A DNA stretch of 64,000 bases from Tubiluchus corallicola (lineage: Eukaryota; Animalia; Priapulida), in the NCBI GenBank assembly GCA_030141605.1, contig JAQGDQ010000125.1, forward strand, positions 310,001 to 374,000, written 5' to 3'. Positions 1 to 36,600 of the stretch are shown here, one piece after another (within the stretch, counting starts at the first letter, position 1; each line of letters begins with the position of its first letter). The notes beneath the pieces were generated by a model. The model saw nothing but the letters and a program-made list of their open reading frames with translations. It was not told the DNA's origin and made no database searches. A program made the translations under genes and the position numbers.

Positions 1-22046
<22,046 letters not shown>

Positions 22047-23782
22047 GGGTATCGCTGATTTCCTTTCCTCTCTTGATTCAGCGTTTCAAATGCTTTCATT
22101 TGGGAGACTGATTTTGCTCGACACAACACGGCTCGCTTGGCGCAGCATGCTGCTTTACGTCACAGCTCCAGTCTCTCGGGACTCAAACTGCTGCACAAAT
22201 ACTAATCAAGCCGGGATGTAAACTAGAATGCGCGCCAGGAGGCAAGCGCAATTTGAAAAGCTTTGCCTCCCAGGGGGTTCTATCAACTCTAGAGGCCGTA
22301 ACGACAGAAACCGCCAAGAATTCGTTTAAGATAACCATTAACACTGTTCTGCGAACCGTCGGCATTGATAATATTCAATATGAGGTGAGATTTAAGAGTG
22401 TGCAACAAATAATACCGTTTATTGATGAATGTTTGTTGTTAGCTTTTGGTAGTATCCGGAATTAATGAAGCCAGTAATTACTGTTACGGATCAGCCTTCT
22501 AATTTTTATTTAGAAAGAACTAAAAATCAATAATGGCCTTCTATAGATAAAATAATATGCGCACATCGACTCGAGTAATCTTGATATTGCTCGCTGATAG
22601 TGCAGATCTGAGGCAGAATTTAAAGGTGCTGAGCATGAAAACGCTGTAAATATTAGGCTTACATCCGCCATGTGAAAGTAGCTCGGCGGCAAATAAACCG
22701 TCTTTCATCTGAAATTTTGCCAGGGGAGGGAGTCAATGCTAATATTCGGTAGCATGGGTCACTGCAAAAGAATTAAATGATACGGATGCTTTAAAACTGC
22801 AACGTAGTTGCTAGTTGGTTATTATTATTAACCATTCCAGAAATAAAACATTTTTCTTGGCGCTGCACGTGGCGTATTGACAGTGAGGCACTGAAACCTG
22901 TAAGAGAGCAGACAGGTGGGCTCAAGCAGAAACATTCTAGCAGAATTCAAGTCTACTCACTTTTAATTTTTCTCTTTGGCTACTTCTCTTCATGATGAAC
23001 GGTTAAAAACTGAAATATATAGTACATGGAAAATGCGCTCGTCTCACTTCTCTCGATATCCGCACACTCTGTACTTGTAAATTCTACACCTAGAGATTAG
23101 AGTTATGTACACAGCCTCAGCGTCCTCCCTACTTAACTGTCATTTACCTGGCATCTGGAATGCGTGGCATTATGCGAATGCGGAATAGATGAAATCGGTT
23201 TATGTTGTTTTCAATGCACGCGTTTATCAGATCTACATTATGCATTATTTTTTCTGCAGCTATTTCCTATTGATTGTTTAGACACTACTATTCCGCAGGA
23301 TAACCGCATTCTGGATGACAGGTAAACGCTATTTTAGTGTACTACGCCATATTAAGGTTGTAGCATCTACAACCACGAACGTCAAAATTCTGTTAACTGT
23401 TGAATCTGCTATATTGTTGCTTATCCACATTGTTGCTGAAATATTTTTCATTTTTAATACATATTTTTAAGGATAATTATATGGCAGATTTGCGAAAATT
23501 CAAAGTTGAGTCTGAGTTGGCATCACAAATTCAACGATGTAAGTCGATATTAGAAATCAGCACCAACTTTTTACTGCCACTCTAGTCGACTCAACATCAT
23601 GAAGTGTCAACGTTTCATTTTTCTCCAAGCCGAAATCAAATCGACAAATTGTTTCGCGATTCCCGCAACTTTAAGTAGTCAAGAAATTACCTTGTAGGTT
23701 AATGTAGGCTGCAGGCAGCCAAGGTCCCTTAAGCGTGGAGTATTTGAAGTATTTTGGAGTGTAGGTTGTAACATCTGCAACA

Positions 23783-24181
23783 CAGTGACGTAACAACTAG
23801 GCTGGGGGCCCTTGGACAAATTGAATGAAAGGCCCCATATCGACCCCTTTTTTAATTTTGTAAAAAAAGTGTTGAAGTAATGAAATTATTATAAAACACA
23901 AAAAAATGATTAAATGAAAAGCGAAATCGAACTTTATTATTATAACAAATTGTTTATAAAATTACGTTAGATACGCCAAAATAGAAATAAGGCAACAAGC
24001 AACGCATACAAGTGTGTGTCAAGTAGAAATCCCGGAATGAAATCCCTTGATCTATATATATTTTGCTGATCGAGCCTTAGTGTTGGCAAACTTGTCTGTA
24101 ATATTGTCGATGTCTATCTTCTGAGCAGCATCACTCTCAATAGCCAACAGCGACAAACCATCAAGTCTGTCTTGTGCCATG
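23783..24181 (-). mobile_element. hAT transposon 3' remnant (ZMYM1-like transposase C-terminus plus terminus)
   Basis: Minus strand ~24052-24180 encodes MAQDRLDGLSLLAIESDAAQKIDIDNITDKFANTKARSAKYI*, the hAT C-terminal dimerisation region; a CAGTGACGTA...GGGGCCC hAT-like end lies at ~23783. Confidence 0.7.
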
Positions 24182-24628
24182 ATTTTGCAACATCCCTATA
24201 TCTCCGGCCAAAAAATCCCTAGATCTAGATTGCCTTCTCAAATCCCTTGGAAGGTCCACCTCTTAAACCATTTTCATGTTTTTATCCTCTTTTCACTCCA
24301 TCTCATTCTCACTCCAATGTCGAGAAATTATAGCAAAATCAAGACTAAAAGATGACATTTTAGGAGGTTCTTTTATGTCTTTGTGTCAACTTTCCCTAGA
24401 TTTCTCGTTTTTATCTTCCATCCATATAGGCCTAGATCCGTAGCACACAGTCCAACTTTGCAGTGAAACTAAATAAACCTGCGGAACGAAGTCTCTGTGC
24501 AGAATGTATCAAATTAATAATGTTTTAAGGTGCATTTTAGGTCAGGCTTGGGCCCTAACCTCGGAGGGGCCCCAGTCCAGATCCCCAGATCTAGGGGAAA
24601 ATCCCTGAGAGTGGAAACTGGCAACCCT
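24181..24628. mobile_element. Probable non-autonomous DNA transposon with ccctagatctag subterminal repeats
   Basis: ttgcaac...atccctagatctag on the left, cccagatctaggggaaaatccct...gtggaaactggcaaccct on the right; termini degenerate. Confidence 0.45.
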
Positions 24629-27600
24629 TCGGAATGGAAGTCAGCTCCCCGTTGGTTGCGAAAATTAGTAGGCGATTTAATGCCAAATGGTGTGTTTTGT
24701 GTTTTGGTGTTGCGTTATGGAAGGCTTATGAAGAACCATACATTTACAATTAAGAAGCCACGAAGTTGATCAGCAGCATCATGACTTTCAAACACGAACG
24801 TAGCCGGATTCGTTTAGCGAGAAGAAATCTAGATGATGTTATAAATTTCTCTTGTATTTATTAGGCGGGGCATGTGTATTGTGCGGCAATTTCAATACTT
24901 TTACCTTTATATTAAAATGCTTGACTCTTGCTTTTCCATCTTTTGTTTTAGAAGGGAAGAAAACAGAACTTTGAAGTATATCCCAAAGAACTTTGCATAC
25001 AAAGTTATATTACTTAGCACTACGCTTACGGTAGGCGGCTTACCTATTTGAAAAACATGCGTAATTGAAAAAGAAAATTCTTAATAATTTAAAATATTCA
25101 CGCCACCTGATATCTCGTAGTCATAGGCTTTAATAAAACGGCACTGCATCGTTGTCCCAGTGTGCACTCCTTATTCACCAAAAACGCATCTTGTTGACCC
25201 TATTGATAATTTAAAGTAATTTAAACTACTTGTTTGCCTAATGACGTCTTCAATACATTGAGCGTTGTAACAGCTATCACACTTCTGCTAATTCTGCACA
25301 AATATGATTAAAAAACCGCAACCCAGGAAACCAACATTGACAGAAATAATCCAAATATTAGTTAAGAAAAATATCTAAAATGCGTATTTCCTCACAATAT
25401 GATAAAGCTGACATCAACGCAAGACAACGAAACATATACATGTGCGTGTATATTATTCTCAATTTCAATATCAAATTTATTAATGTAAAAAAGGTCTTTT
25501 TAGTAGTCATAAGTACATATTGATCTGCATTATGGAAAAGGCCTACTTATCATTTCAGAAAGGTAAAAAGATGGCTACAACGAAGGCATAGACAATAACA
25601 AATGGATCGCTCTTCACCCATAGGCCTATAATTGGTGTCTACAAGCCTCTACAATTGTTTACAGTCATGTTCTTCATAAGGCCGTTATCTATGTTCTAAG
25701 AACATTCTTTACTAAAAATAAATTGTGTTCTCATATTAGTAAATTTCAGCTTTAATTTTAGTTATTTTAAAGCTAGGACTCAGATAGTAGCCTGAGTTGT
25801 TTGTAAGGCTCTTACGCCTGACACATGTATTCTGTGCATTACTTTATTAAAACTACAAACTATGTGCAAATTGTGATTATCCAAATTATCTGCAGGCAAC
25901 CAGGCACCCTTATGAAATAAGAGATAGCTCAGCGGTGATTTTAAAACTTAAGAGCCTGATATTAAAACTATATTGAATAAAATTAAGATGTTAAACTTGA
26001 ATTAGACCATAGTGCTAGTCGTAGTTAAGAGCTGTAATGTACATTAAGATTTAATGTAAGATAAAGAAAAACGTTCTCACTGTTAACAACATTCACGTTT
26101 TTGCAGAACGGTTGTTTTGCACGATGTTTCCCATGTTTGTGTTGCGTGGTTATTAACGCGGTTTTCATTTGTTGTAAAAAATATATAAAATATAGCCGAG
26201 AAACGTGTGCTGTGAAACGTGAGCAAATCGTGGTACGTTTTATATTTATTTTTAGATACTTTCATCCGAGTGGGCGAGTATCAGTGTTCCAAATTTATAT
26301 TTCAACTAACTTACCATAGTTGAAATTCGTTGCACCGCGTTCGGTCTGCAGTCCTACTTCTACTTAGTTCTAGGTTAATGAAATAGGATAAGGTAGTGAA
26401 TAGTCTCAAACCTCAGCTGATGCCGTTGAGTAGATCATCATAATCCTCGTAGTTGTTCATCATGATGTGTTTTCACTTAATTGCCGTACGGTCTGTTCCG
26501 TAATTTGAAGGTTCTGGTATAGTTTAAACTAAAATAGTACTAGTAAATTACAGTGAAAGGGTATTTACATAATTTCATAAATAAAGTAAGTAACATAACA
26601 CAGTTGACAGTTAGTACTGCACCACACACACAAATGACAACTGAAACCAATGTTGGATTTTAATTTGGTTTTTTTTAGTCATAATTTAAACGAACTGACT
26701 ATCTTGTATGAAGCTGAAGGTAACTAATAGCATGAAATAGACAAATTTATTTTTAAACCAACTTGTCGCAAGTACATAGTCTCTCTGGATTTTGTGTCTG
26801 TAACAGCTCACTCTAGATACATAGTAGTGCTTGCTGTTAGTCAGGTAATTTTGCTCCATTTAAAATTATTAAATAGTGATTTTATCTTAGGTGAGCTAAA
26901 ATTAATTGGAATGTAAATACACTTCGTATCCCTTTCAAGCTAAACTCTCTATGTCTGAAATGGAGAATGTATTATAACATTTTGGAATGTGAGTTTTATG
27001 AAATTGTTTTTTCTTAAATAGGCTGCCACTTTCAAGAAACATATACACATGTTTATTTAATAGTTTGTCATTAACCGACTGTTAATGGATTCAATATACT
27101 GTACGACAGTTACTATTTCGCAAGGCATAACTAATAGCATGTATGTAAGATGGTTAATTATGTTAAAGATCACTTGATAAAGCTGGAATTTTCATGGTTA
27201 TCTTGATTTTCGGACCAAAAGTAGGCCTACATAAATTGAATTTTATTATTTTAAAATTGTATTTTAAGGTGTGTAATTTTATGTATACGGTACATTTTCT
27301 ATTTCACACTAATAAATGCATTATGAATATAAATTAGGTGATTTATCAAAATGCCTGAATTTGTTGAAATTGATGTGCATAAAATGGCAAATTTCTTCTA
27401 CTTAAGGGCCTCAAAAACAGTTTAAAATACAGAAAGGCATTTCTTTTTGAGGTACTACCCCACATCACATTAAGGGAGCTTTTAGCAATTCCCTCTCCCC
27501 CATCAGGCTACTGTCATCTTTTTCATGATATGGATATGGCAAGCCTAAATAAACCATCTCTATGTCTGTGTTAGTTCTTTTGTTGCCTGATTTAAGTTTC

Positions 27601-27676
27601 TTTCTGTTTTAGGTTGTTCGGAGTTATGGTTTGATTTGGTGTGAGGTTGGTTATTCGATCATTTGCCGTTTCGAAA

Positions 27677-30600
27677 ATGGCAAATTTTGATCCACATGTT
27701 TGTGACCAGGTAATTTTTTAGATAAGGAATGAATATCTGTATAATTTTATCTTATTGGTAATTATCTGAAATTATTTAACAGTTTTGTTCTGAGCTAAGA
27801 ATAAAATCAAATCAATAATTGTTTTTTTATTTTTGTCAGGATATTGGAATGTTTTTGGATTTTAGTAATCTACGATCTGATGAACTGAAGCACTTGTGCA
27901 ATTTACTTAAACCTAAGCAGACCTCACAGAGGAAAGTGAGGGTAGGTGATTTTGATTTATCAGTAATTTTGAAGAATTTACCAGGTACTTAGCTACCCTT
28001 TTTTCAAATGTTCGTGCTTGTATATGTCTATTCATAATCACTTTATTTAAACTTTTAACAGTTTAAGCTTTTCTCATACGAGACTTAGATCAGTATCGAT
28101 TGCTTACTTTGAACAGTGCAGTGCAGTTTTTAATCTGTGACTGTAACTGTGATTGTTGTCAAGCTTCATAATATGAAGTATTTTTAATTGACAAGTAATT
28201 GAGTCTTGAGAACGGATATTGATACTATGTAATTCTTTTGCAGTTTCCATGGGATTTTTCACTCTTGCAAAGGAATGATGTGAAAGGTATGCATTGTAGT
28301 TTTTTACAATATTTTAGTTTTGAAATTTCTAGGTCAACATTTTAGAACTAAGTGTGTTCCAGGAATTTACATGTTGACGTCTAATGTAATGGACTGTCTT
28401 TTACTGTGAAGCGTTATGAGCTAAAATTTTGCTAAAATTTACCGTTTGATAAGTAATATTTTTTCTACGCACCATTTCAAGCAAATTACGCAGGTTAAAG
28501 ATTGATAGAAATTTATGACTTCATTTCATAATCATAAGTATGAGTCGCTGTGTAATAGGCTGCTGCACACTAAGGCAAATTGCCAAACGATGCACTGTGT
28601 TAATAGAACTATATATTGGCAGCATATACAAGAATCATATCATTTCCAGCATCTTAATTACTAGTGTAATTTATGTACTTTGAAATTGTTGTGTCCTCTC
28701 AGCATTCTCACAAAATTTACATATATACAGTATAATCCACTTGTAACGAGTTTCAGGGAACCGTGAAAATTTGCTCGCCATAACCTCGTCTCATTATAGT
28801 CGAGGTCAATTGTGTAAATGTATGTTCAACATAGAAATGAAGATTGCAATGCAAATATGATGTAACGATAAAAACAACACTTTCTTTTGAGACTGGCATA
28901 ATGAGTGCCACTTTCAGCAATTATTTTATCACAGAATAATAGCTCTGCAGGCGCAATATCGTTTATGACTATGAGCATTTCAGCACTAGCCTACGTCAGT
29001 TACCAACTAAGTTTACAGTCTAGCTGTCCTACATGTGTTATTCAATGTAAAATGACTGTATTTATTTAGAACAGTATTTTTATTAAAAATTAAACATTGA
29101 GAAGTCACTTAATCTTTATTTTGCAAAGCAGAATAGTTAATTTTTTACGAAAACTCAGTTGTTTTGCCTGCTTCACATTAAATTACGCTACAGCTTTATT
29201 CAAGTTGCTGTCAAGTTTTGAAAGACATAAGAACACGTCACTATCAGTTGCTTGTGAAGACTAAAAAAATGAAAAATGCTGAAGTTTAGCATATATTCTT
29301 CATATATTTGCATGTTTCAATTTTGCGAATTATTACTTTTTTCATTTATATTGACATAGCATTTCGTGCCCATTTCATTCTGTACAATTATAGCAGTGCA
29401 TAGTGAATCAACAGCATGTCTGCATGTATTGTTCTTGACATACATTGTTTTTTATGTACGATCAATAAATTATTCCTCACATTTTTATGACCTTGGTGAA
29501 TGGAGCCCTTTTGCTTTGTAACAGGCCTCGTCGTAAATGGATTATACTGTATGTGTATATGTATGTTTCCAGCACACATTAATTTTACTTTTTACAGAAT
29601 ATGGGTTAAATATGTCTAAACTGCTTTATGATATGCCTTCATTTTAGTTTCAGTGTTGCTTTTTTGTATTTTTATACTTTAAATTCAATTATGTTTTAGC
29701 TGATTCGAACAGAGATTGTTCAGTTTGTTCCACTCATGTGCGTGCGAATCCACAATCTCCAAATGCACAAGATGATTCGGTCAACGAGCGATTTATCCAA
29801 ACATCTGTTCCCTATGTTGCAAATCAGCAGGTTCTTAGATATGGTAACAATAACTTACCGTTATTAATCACTCAGGATCATATGATTCCTGTTACACAAA
29901 ACATACGTTTAAATAATACTGCCCCTGAACAAAGCAGCGTGCAAAATCTGTGTGATGCTCACAAATGTCGGGCTGTTAGTCTTCAACAAGGTTTGTCAGT
30001 TGCTTCAGATGTCGCTCCGGTGCCTGTGCTGCCACTGATTGGGCTTCCCATGTCAAACATCTATGGTAGTGTCCCACCCGGCTTTGCGCCTGTCTCTGGA
30101 TTTGTGAGATTACCTCCAGGTTCGATGGGTGTTCCCGTCGTTCCCTCTGTTGTGAACAGACCTCATTGTGGAGAACCATGCTTTGTGCCTTTTGTAAATA
30201 ATGTGAGTCCTGCTAAATTAGTGCCTGACATGCCGGTTGTACCTCGCGATAATAATAACCATGTTGAACATAATGTTACACACCATGCCGAGCCAGTACA
30301 GAGTGAAGAAGTTTCCCTACGTAATAGTGAACCAGAATTAAACGAGGAAGCTTCCCTACATAATAGTGAATCAACTATAGAAGACTTGAACAGTACAAAT
30401 GCAAATTACAATATGTCCGATCAGGTTGTCTTACCAGATGCACAGAGCAATAATATTGTTGTTGATACAGAAGAATCAGTTCTTGATGATAAGGAAAGTG
30501 ACAATATTAATGGCATTGCTCTTTCTTACTCGCCTAATAAAATTACTGGTTTAGAGCCTGAGTCGCGAATAACTGAAATAAACAAGAACGATGATGCTGG

Positions 30601-33600
30601 TGGTGATAGTGATACTAAGATTAATGAGTCGTCAGAAACTGCAAAGACAGAATCAAAATCAGCTGAGCTGCCGCCTCCTAGTAGTGCTCAAACACATTCA
30701 TCTTGGGCTAGTCTGTTCAGAAATACTGCGACAGCAGTGAATGCAACTGTTGTCAAAGTCCCAACAAAAGAAGAACAGCTTGACGAAACAATGTTGGCTT
30801 TAGTCGTAAGGGACAGCAACACAGTTGCGGATAAACAGGAAAACTACAAGGAGACGCCGACTAAGACTGTTGTGGAATCTTTTCAGGATAGTCATGCTAA
30901 AGAACTTGGAGGTATTTGTATTTACGTTGCATTTACGAAAAGAAAGTATCAATATTTTTACAAATTAACTGGCAAGTAGCAATATCATTATGGGCATTTT
31001 ATAACAAAGTGTAATTCGTCTTCGATTTCATTTTTTAAACGAAATGTGCATATACGATTCTCAGCAGGGATTTTTCTAGATTTAACGTACCTCCCTCTTT
31101 CAATGCAAATTTTGTTATAGCATATTTGGAATAACCAGAAAGAAAATAGTTTTTTACTTGATATTTTTTGAAGGTTCGAAACATTTGCAGTTTGTTTTCT
31201 CAATCAGGATTGTTATTATGGATTTCTTCTTTCCAAAATAGGTTTATAAGCTGTTTTTATTGTTTCTTCTAATTTATTAAGTAGCCGCTTAGGTGAAAAC
31301 GTTGTCTGGTTATTCCAAATATGTCCAAAGCCGTACACACGTAATATATACTTAAAGAAAGTAGTCCAACAAAAATAGTTCTTAGCCAAGGCAACAATGT
31401 TCAGAGAGCGTTAACAACTAACATGTTAACAATTAGTTTATCATTATCATCATTTCAGGAACAGTAAGCAAAGGCTGTGTAGCATGTTAATAATGTCAGT
31501 GATAAGTGAATCCGACGAAACTATAGCGATACGACAGATTTTTTTCGATGACTGTGTACTGTTTCAATAGGAAAAGTTCTCTGAGCAGATGACATCAACA
31601 ATGGTTTCTTTTTCCATGCAGATACTTTTAACTGTTTAATAATACATTTCACAGGCAAAAGGTAAATAGGCAATGATAAGAGTGAGAGAGAGGGCGAGTT
31701 AGAGAAAAAGAGAAGATATAGGCAGGAGAGAGGGAGAGTAGAGAATGAGAAAGAGAGGGGGATGAGGGAGGCAGAGATGAAAAAATCAGAGAAAGACTTC
31801 AAAAGAAATAAGCGAGTAATCCAATGCTTTGCTTTCTGCTATTGTTTGTATAAAGTAAGAACTTAGACAATTAAATGCTCTTGTTGTTATGTTGAGTATA
31901 CTGGATTTTCATTTGACTTCAAATTTTAATATGAATTGCATTTGTTAATTTGTAATTTTGGGCATTAAAATGATATAGTTCTACTGGAAAACTGTGTAAG
32001 ATTTTTACTAAAATATCGTAGAAAAAGCTCTTGTCGTGTTAAGTTGTTTTGTAGAAATGAAGGAATATTTTACCTAATGGTATCAAATTCAAAATTTAGA
32101 TGAGATGATCTAATACACACACAAAAAGACGAAAATATGTTTTATATTACATCCCACACGATTATTAAGCAGAAAGATATTTGATAGTATTGAAAATGAT
32201 AAAAACTTTCTGAATTAGAGTTGCGAAAGTGTCACAACGCACAGCAGTAGCAAAATTTAACTTAAATTATTTGTGATTTGCTAGTTATGTTAACATCATT
32301 CACATATTTTGTAATATTCAGTTTGTACATATTTTACATACTTTGTACATGATTTTTCAGAAATCTTGTCTTGTCTGAAACCAAATCATAGGACAGTTGC
32401 TCTTCATCCTAGAGGACTCATAAACAAAGGAAATTGGTGTTATATACATGCAGTATCCTTTATAACTTTTTAAGAATTGTCAAATTACCAGAAAATATTG
32501 TGTGTAATAGAGCACCGGAAATTAAAAATTTTAAATGAAGATTTTTGTCAGTTGAAAGTTGACAAGTGATAATTTTAAGTGTAAATTTTCCACTCTAAAG
32601 CTGATAAGCCAATAAATCTACAGATAGCAACTCTCATATTGTAACAACACATGTTTGGCATGGGGAATTCCTGTCAGCAACTTACTTCATTGTAATTGGA
32701 ATTCTTACAACAAAGGCGCATCTTCATTTTGTGGATACACTAGTTACAAGTTAATAATTTTTTTGGTGAAACACAAGTGTTTATTGAATTTGTGCCATTT
32801 TTCAGCTGATTTTGTACTAGTTGCTTGAAATCTTGATCATACTGAAATGCACATAATATGCATTAAAAATGCACCAGTTATTTTTCTAAATGAAACTTTT
32901 AGACACTTCAAGCTTTTTTAGCTTGCCCACCATTTTACCACTTGATGAAAGCTATTCCTTTTGTCGAGGCTTCTAACAGGGGACCTAGCTCTACACCCAT
33001 CATAGATACATTGTAAGTTTATACTAGAATTTTGTAGCTATTTACTTGAATACATATTTACAGCATGTTAAAGCTGTTATGCTTTGTATTTGTGCATTAA
33101 TTAAACTGTTTTCTTTGTTACAGCACTGAATTTGTGAATGAATTTAAGCCAATGTCCCTAAAACCAGGTAAGCAGTGCGATAAGTAATCATTTTCATTGG
33201 TGTTTTGCTGTCAGTAGCTCTTTTCATGATTAACAGTGTTATAAACATATGTTGATTTCTTTGATAGCAATGTACTAACAGTAACTACCATTTTATGAAA
33301 GAAACTGCAATGATAAAGTCTGGTATTAATCTGTGATTTTCTTGCATCTATATTTTAGTTGCCATTAAATTTCATATTATCGTGTTGAATATTTTGTTGC
33401 AGGTCCAAAGTCCAAACGGCAGCCAGATCTCAGTCCGGGTCCTCCGTTTGAACCCACATATGTGTATGAAATGCTGGGACTGATTAAATCAGAGCTGTCA
33501 CACAAGGTAAAAAACGTGTTATTCTGAGTAATTATGTGGCTTGTTGTTTTTTCTTACATGGAAATATAAGATTGTGTTTGTATATAAGATAAGTGGTTCG

Positions 33601-36600
33601 TAATAAACAGCACTTTGCTTTTATATATATGGCATGCATCATTGGTTTGCTGCAGTGAAATTGACAAAAGGAATTTCAGAGATGTAGTTATGCAACTAAA
33701 CTTGTTTAACTTATAATACCAGGTTTATAGCTAATTTTAATACAGTAGTTGTTGACTTGATCGGGAAGTTCATTGTCAAACGTCAATTTTCTGAAATAAC
33801 AAAGAGAGAAGAATGAAAGGAGACTATCGGTAAATAATCTGATACATTGAAGAAGGTGGAGCTTTTAGGCACTTTTATTTTTGTAACATTATTTATTTGT
33901 TTGTTTGTTTAGGGCCGACAGGAAGATGCAGAAGAATTCTTAGGTTGTGTTCTGAATGGCCTCCATGAAGAAATGATGGCAGCAATGAAAGTCTCCGGAA
34001 AATCTGGTTTGTTTCTTTCATCTTCACTGCTAAAAATATGCACGCTTTTCTGCTTTTTGTATGACATTACCCTGTTGGTGCTGATATGTTGAAGTTAAAA
34101 TTTAATTACCTTTGAATAGTCATTATGGAAATGACTTTCTAGTTAGCCATGCTGCACGCTTTGAAACTTTTTGTAAATAATTTCCTGCAGTGTGCAATGT
34201 CAGAGAAGCTTTAACCTCGATTTTCTTTTGAGGGTGGAGCTGGTAGTGTTAAGTAGTTTGGTTAGCCTTTTGCCTTCAAATCTTGACCATAGGCCAGCAT
34301 GCTAGTGAAGCCAAAGAAATCCATCTTACGAACTTTCAAGATGTCTAAGTAAATCTATGGCAGTGAATAACATAATCTTTTTTTGTTTTAGCTGAGGAAG
34401 CAAAGCTCACAAATGGTGATGTAGCCATGCCAATACAAGGCATTGTTGTTGAGGGTTGTGACATGGCAGCAAGTGACACAGTGGATGAGTGGGAGAGGGT
34501 TGGGCCAAAAAACAAAAGCAGTATTACACGATCTGTAAGTGCATCATTTTTTTTTTTACTATATCTTTACATTTGACAATTGGCAAAGAAAAACATATTT
34601 ATATATTGCGTAACATAATTGAGGGTTTTGTTTCTAAAATGCTCTATATTGTTTAGGCTGAACTGGCTAATACACCAATATCTCAGATATTTGGCGGCCA
34701 GATGAGATCGGAATTACAACAGGAAGGAACAAGAGGTTCAGCAAATTTACAGCCGTTTTTTACACTTCAACTAGACATTCAGGTAAAGCTTTAACTATAG
34801 TAATGTTAAGAATTAGAAGAATGATAAATTGTTTACTGAAAGGAAATGCAATAAGTGAAATGGTTAGGATCCTTTCATTACTTTTTAATTTCTCAACAGC
34901 TATATAATGCTATCGGTTCGCCAGGTAAATTTATTTATTGATTTATATATATATATGACACACGATTTTCTGAAAAACTACTGAACAGTTTTCGACAAAT
35001 TATACGCCACGTTGGGTTTATATTTTATATGGAGTTCCTGGAGGAAGGGCAGGCAAAAAGGCTCCAGACAAGCATGGAAAAGTTTCCTGACAAGCCTGTT
35101 GATTCCTGTCATAAGTGTTTTTTTAACCAAATTTTGACCAAACCCTAAATGCAAAAGCTGTATTTGCTTCGTGGGGTCTTGGAGAAAGTCCTCTAGCTCT
35201 TTGGAATGAAGAAAAACTGCGTTACATATTGCTGATCAGGCATTTCGAGGTTGAATTTCAGGAAATTTTCATTGTGAATACTATACACTATGCACCTGTG
35301 CTGCCCCTGTGTGACATCATCATGGTGAGGCCTTTAATGCTTAAATGCAGGACAATATTCCAGATATCCACTACTGCTCGATCTGTAAGACGCTTGCCTG
35401 ATGCTCTCTGTTCTTTAGCTTCTTTGTTTTTCATCTCACATGTTAATGGTGTATGTATACATCTAATAGCATTTACCATTTCACGTAGTTTTGACTTCAC
35501 ACAAAATATTTTGCAGGATTTGGCTATTTAAGATGTTGCCGTAGCAAAATCTTACTGTTTTTCATTGAGTTATTATTTATTTATTCTCTGCCACTTTAAC
35601 GCTTAATAACTCGTAAGCCTTGCAAGCTAGGATTGGTAGCCCTGGGTGGGGCACAACTAACAGTGTGGTGACCAATGACCACTGGTCAAGCATTTGAATC
35701 TACTATTTTAACCCTTACATGGAAAAATCCTTCAAATTGTGTTAGAAAGAAAATATTTCGCGAATGGATTCGAAAAATACTGATCTCTACTTCAGTATTA
35801 GATTAATAGTGCAAGTATTTTTTAATAATTATTTTACTGACAATGTTAGTAGCCCAGTAGTGGAAGCAGACTATGCTTGTCAAGCTTTTGTAGGATTGTT
35901 TTATATTGTTTAATATTGTTTTTTCCAGTCTGACAAAGTATCAACATTACAGGATGCAATGGAAGGATTGGTTAGCAAGGAAGCTATTCATGGCTATACC
36001 TGCTCAAAAACAAAAACTGAGGTATGTCATAGACAATGATGTTAGGATAATGTTATCTTCTAACAGTGTTTTATTATTGATATTTCATTTTAATTCATTT
36101 TACTTTGTTCCTTGTGCTATGACTTTTTTTATAGTTAATGATTATGTAAAAGATTTAGAAGTTTGCAAATGCAATCTTGTGCCTTTCCCGTTTGTTCTAA
36201 TCACTCACCAATTCCCAAATTTTGTTCTCGAAAATTTAAACATTCAAGTTGCTTTGCTAATATTATGCTTTTTTATTTATTTTTATTTTGTTGTAGTATC
36301 AGTAATTAAATTGTGTAAGATAAAATATGGATATCAGAGACTCTGTGTGCAATAATTGCACATGAGGATTACATTTAGCTGTTCCAGTAATACTCATTAG
36401 TTGAACTCTAATTATTTATTCAGGTAGCAGCCTCTCGTCGTTTAAGCATTGAACACCTTCCACCTGTACTCATCATGCATCTAAAGTGTTTTACTTACGA
36501 CGTGAGTGGCGGTTGCCAGAAAATCCTTAAAAGGATAGATTATCCAGTAGACCTTGAAGTAGGCAAGGGTAAGTGTTTACTACACCATTACCTTCTTCTT

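Noticed and set aside
35229-35531. Overlapping ORFs, possible Mutator-like transposase trace
   Set aside because: Only vague motif resemblance inside a USP10 intron; unsupported.
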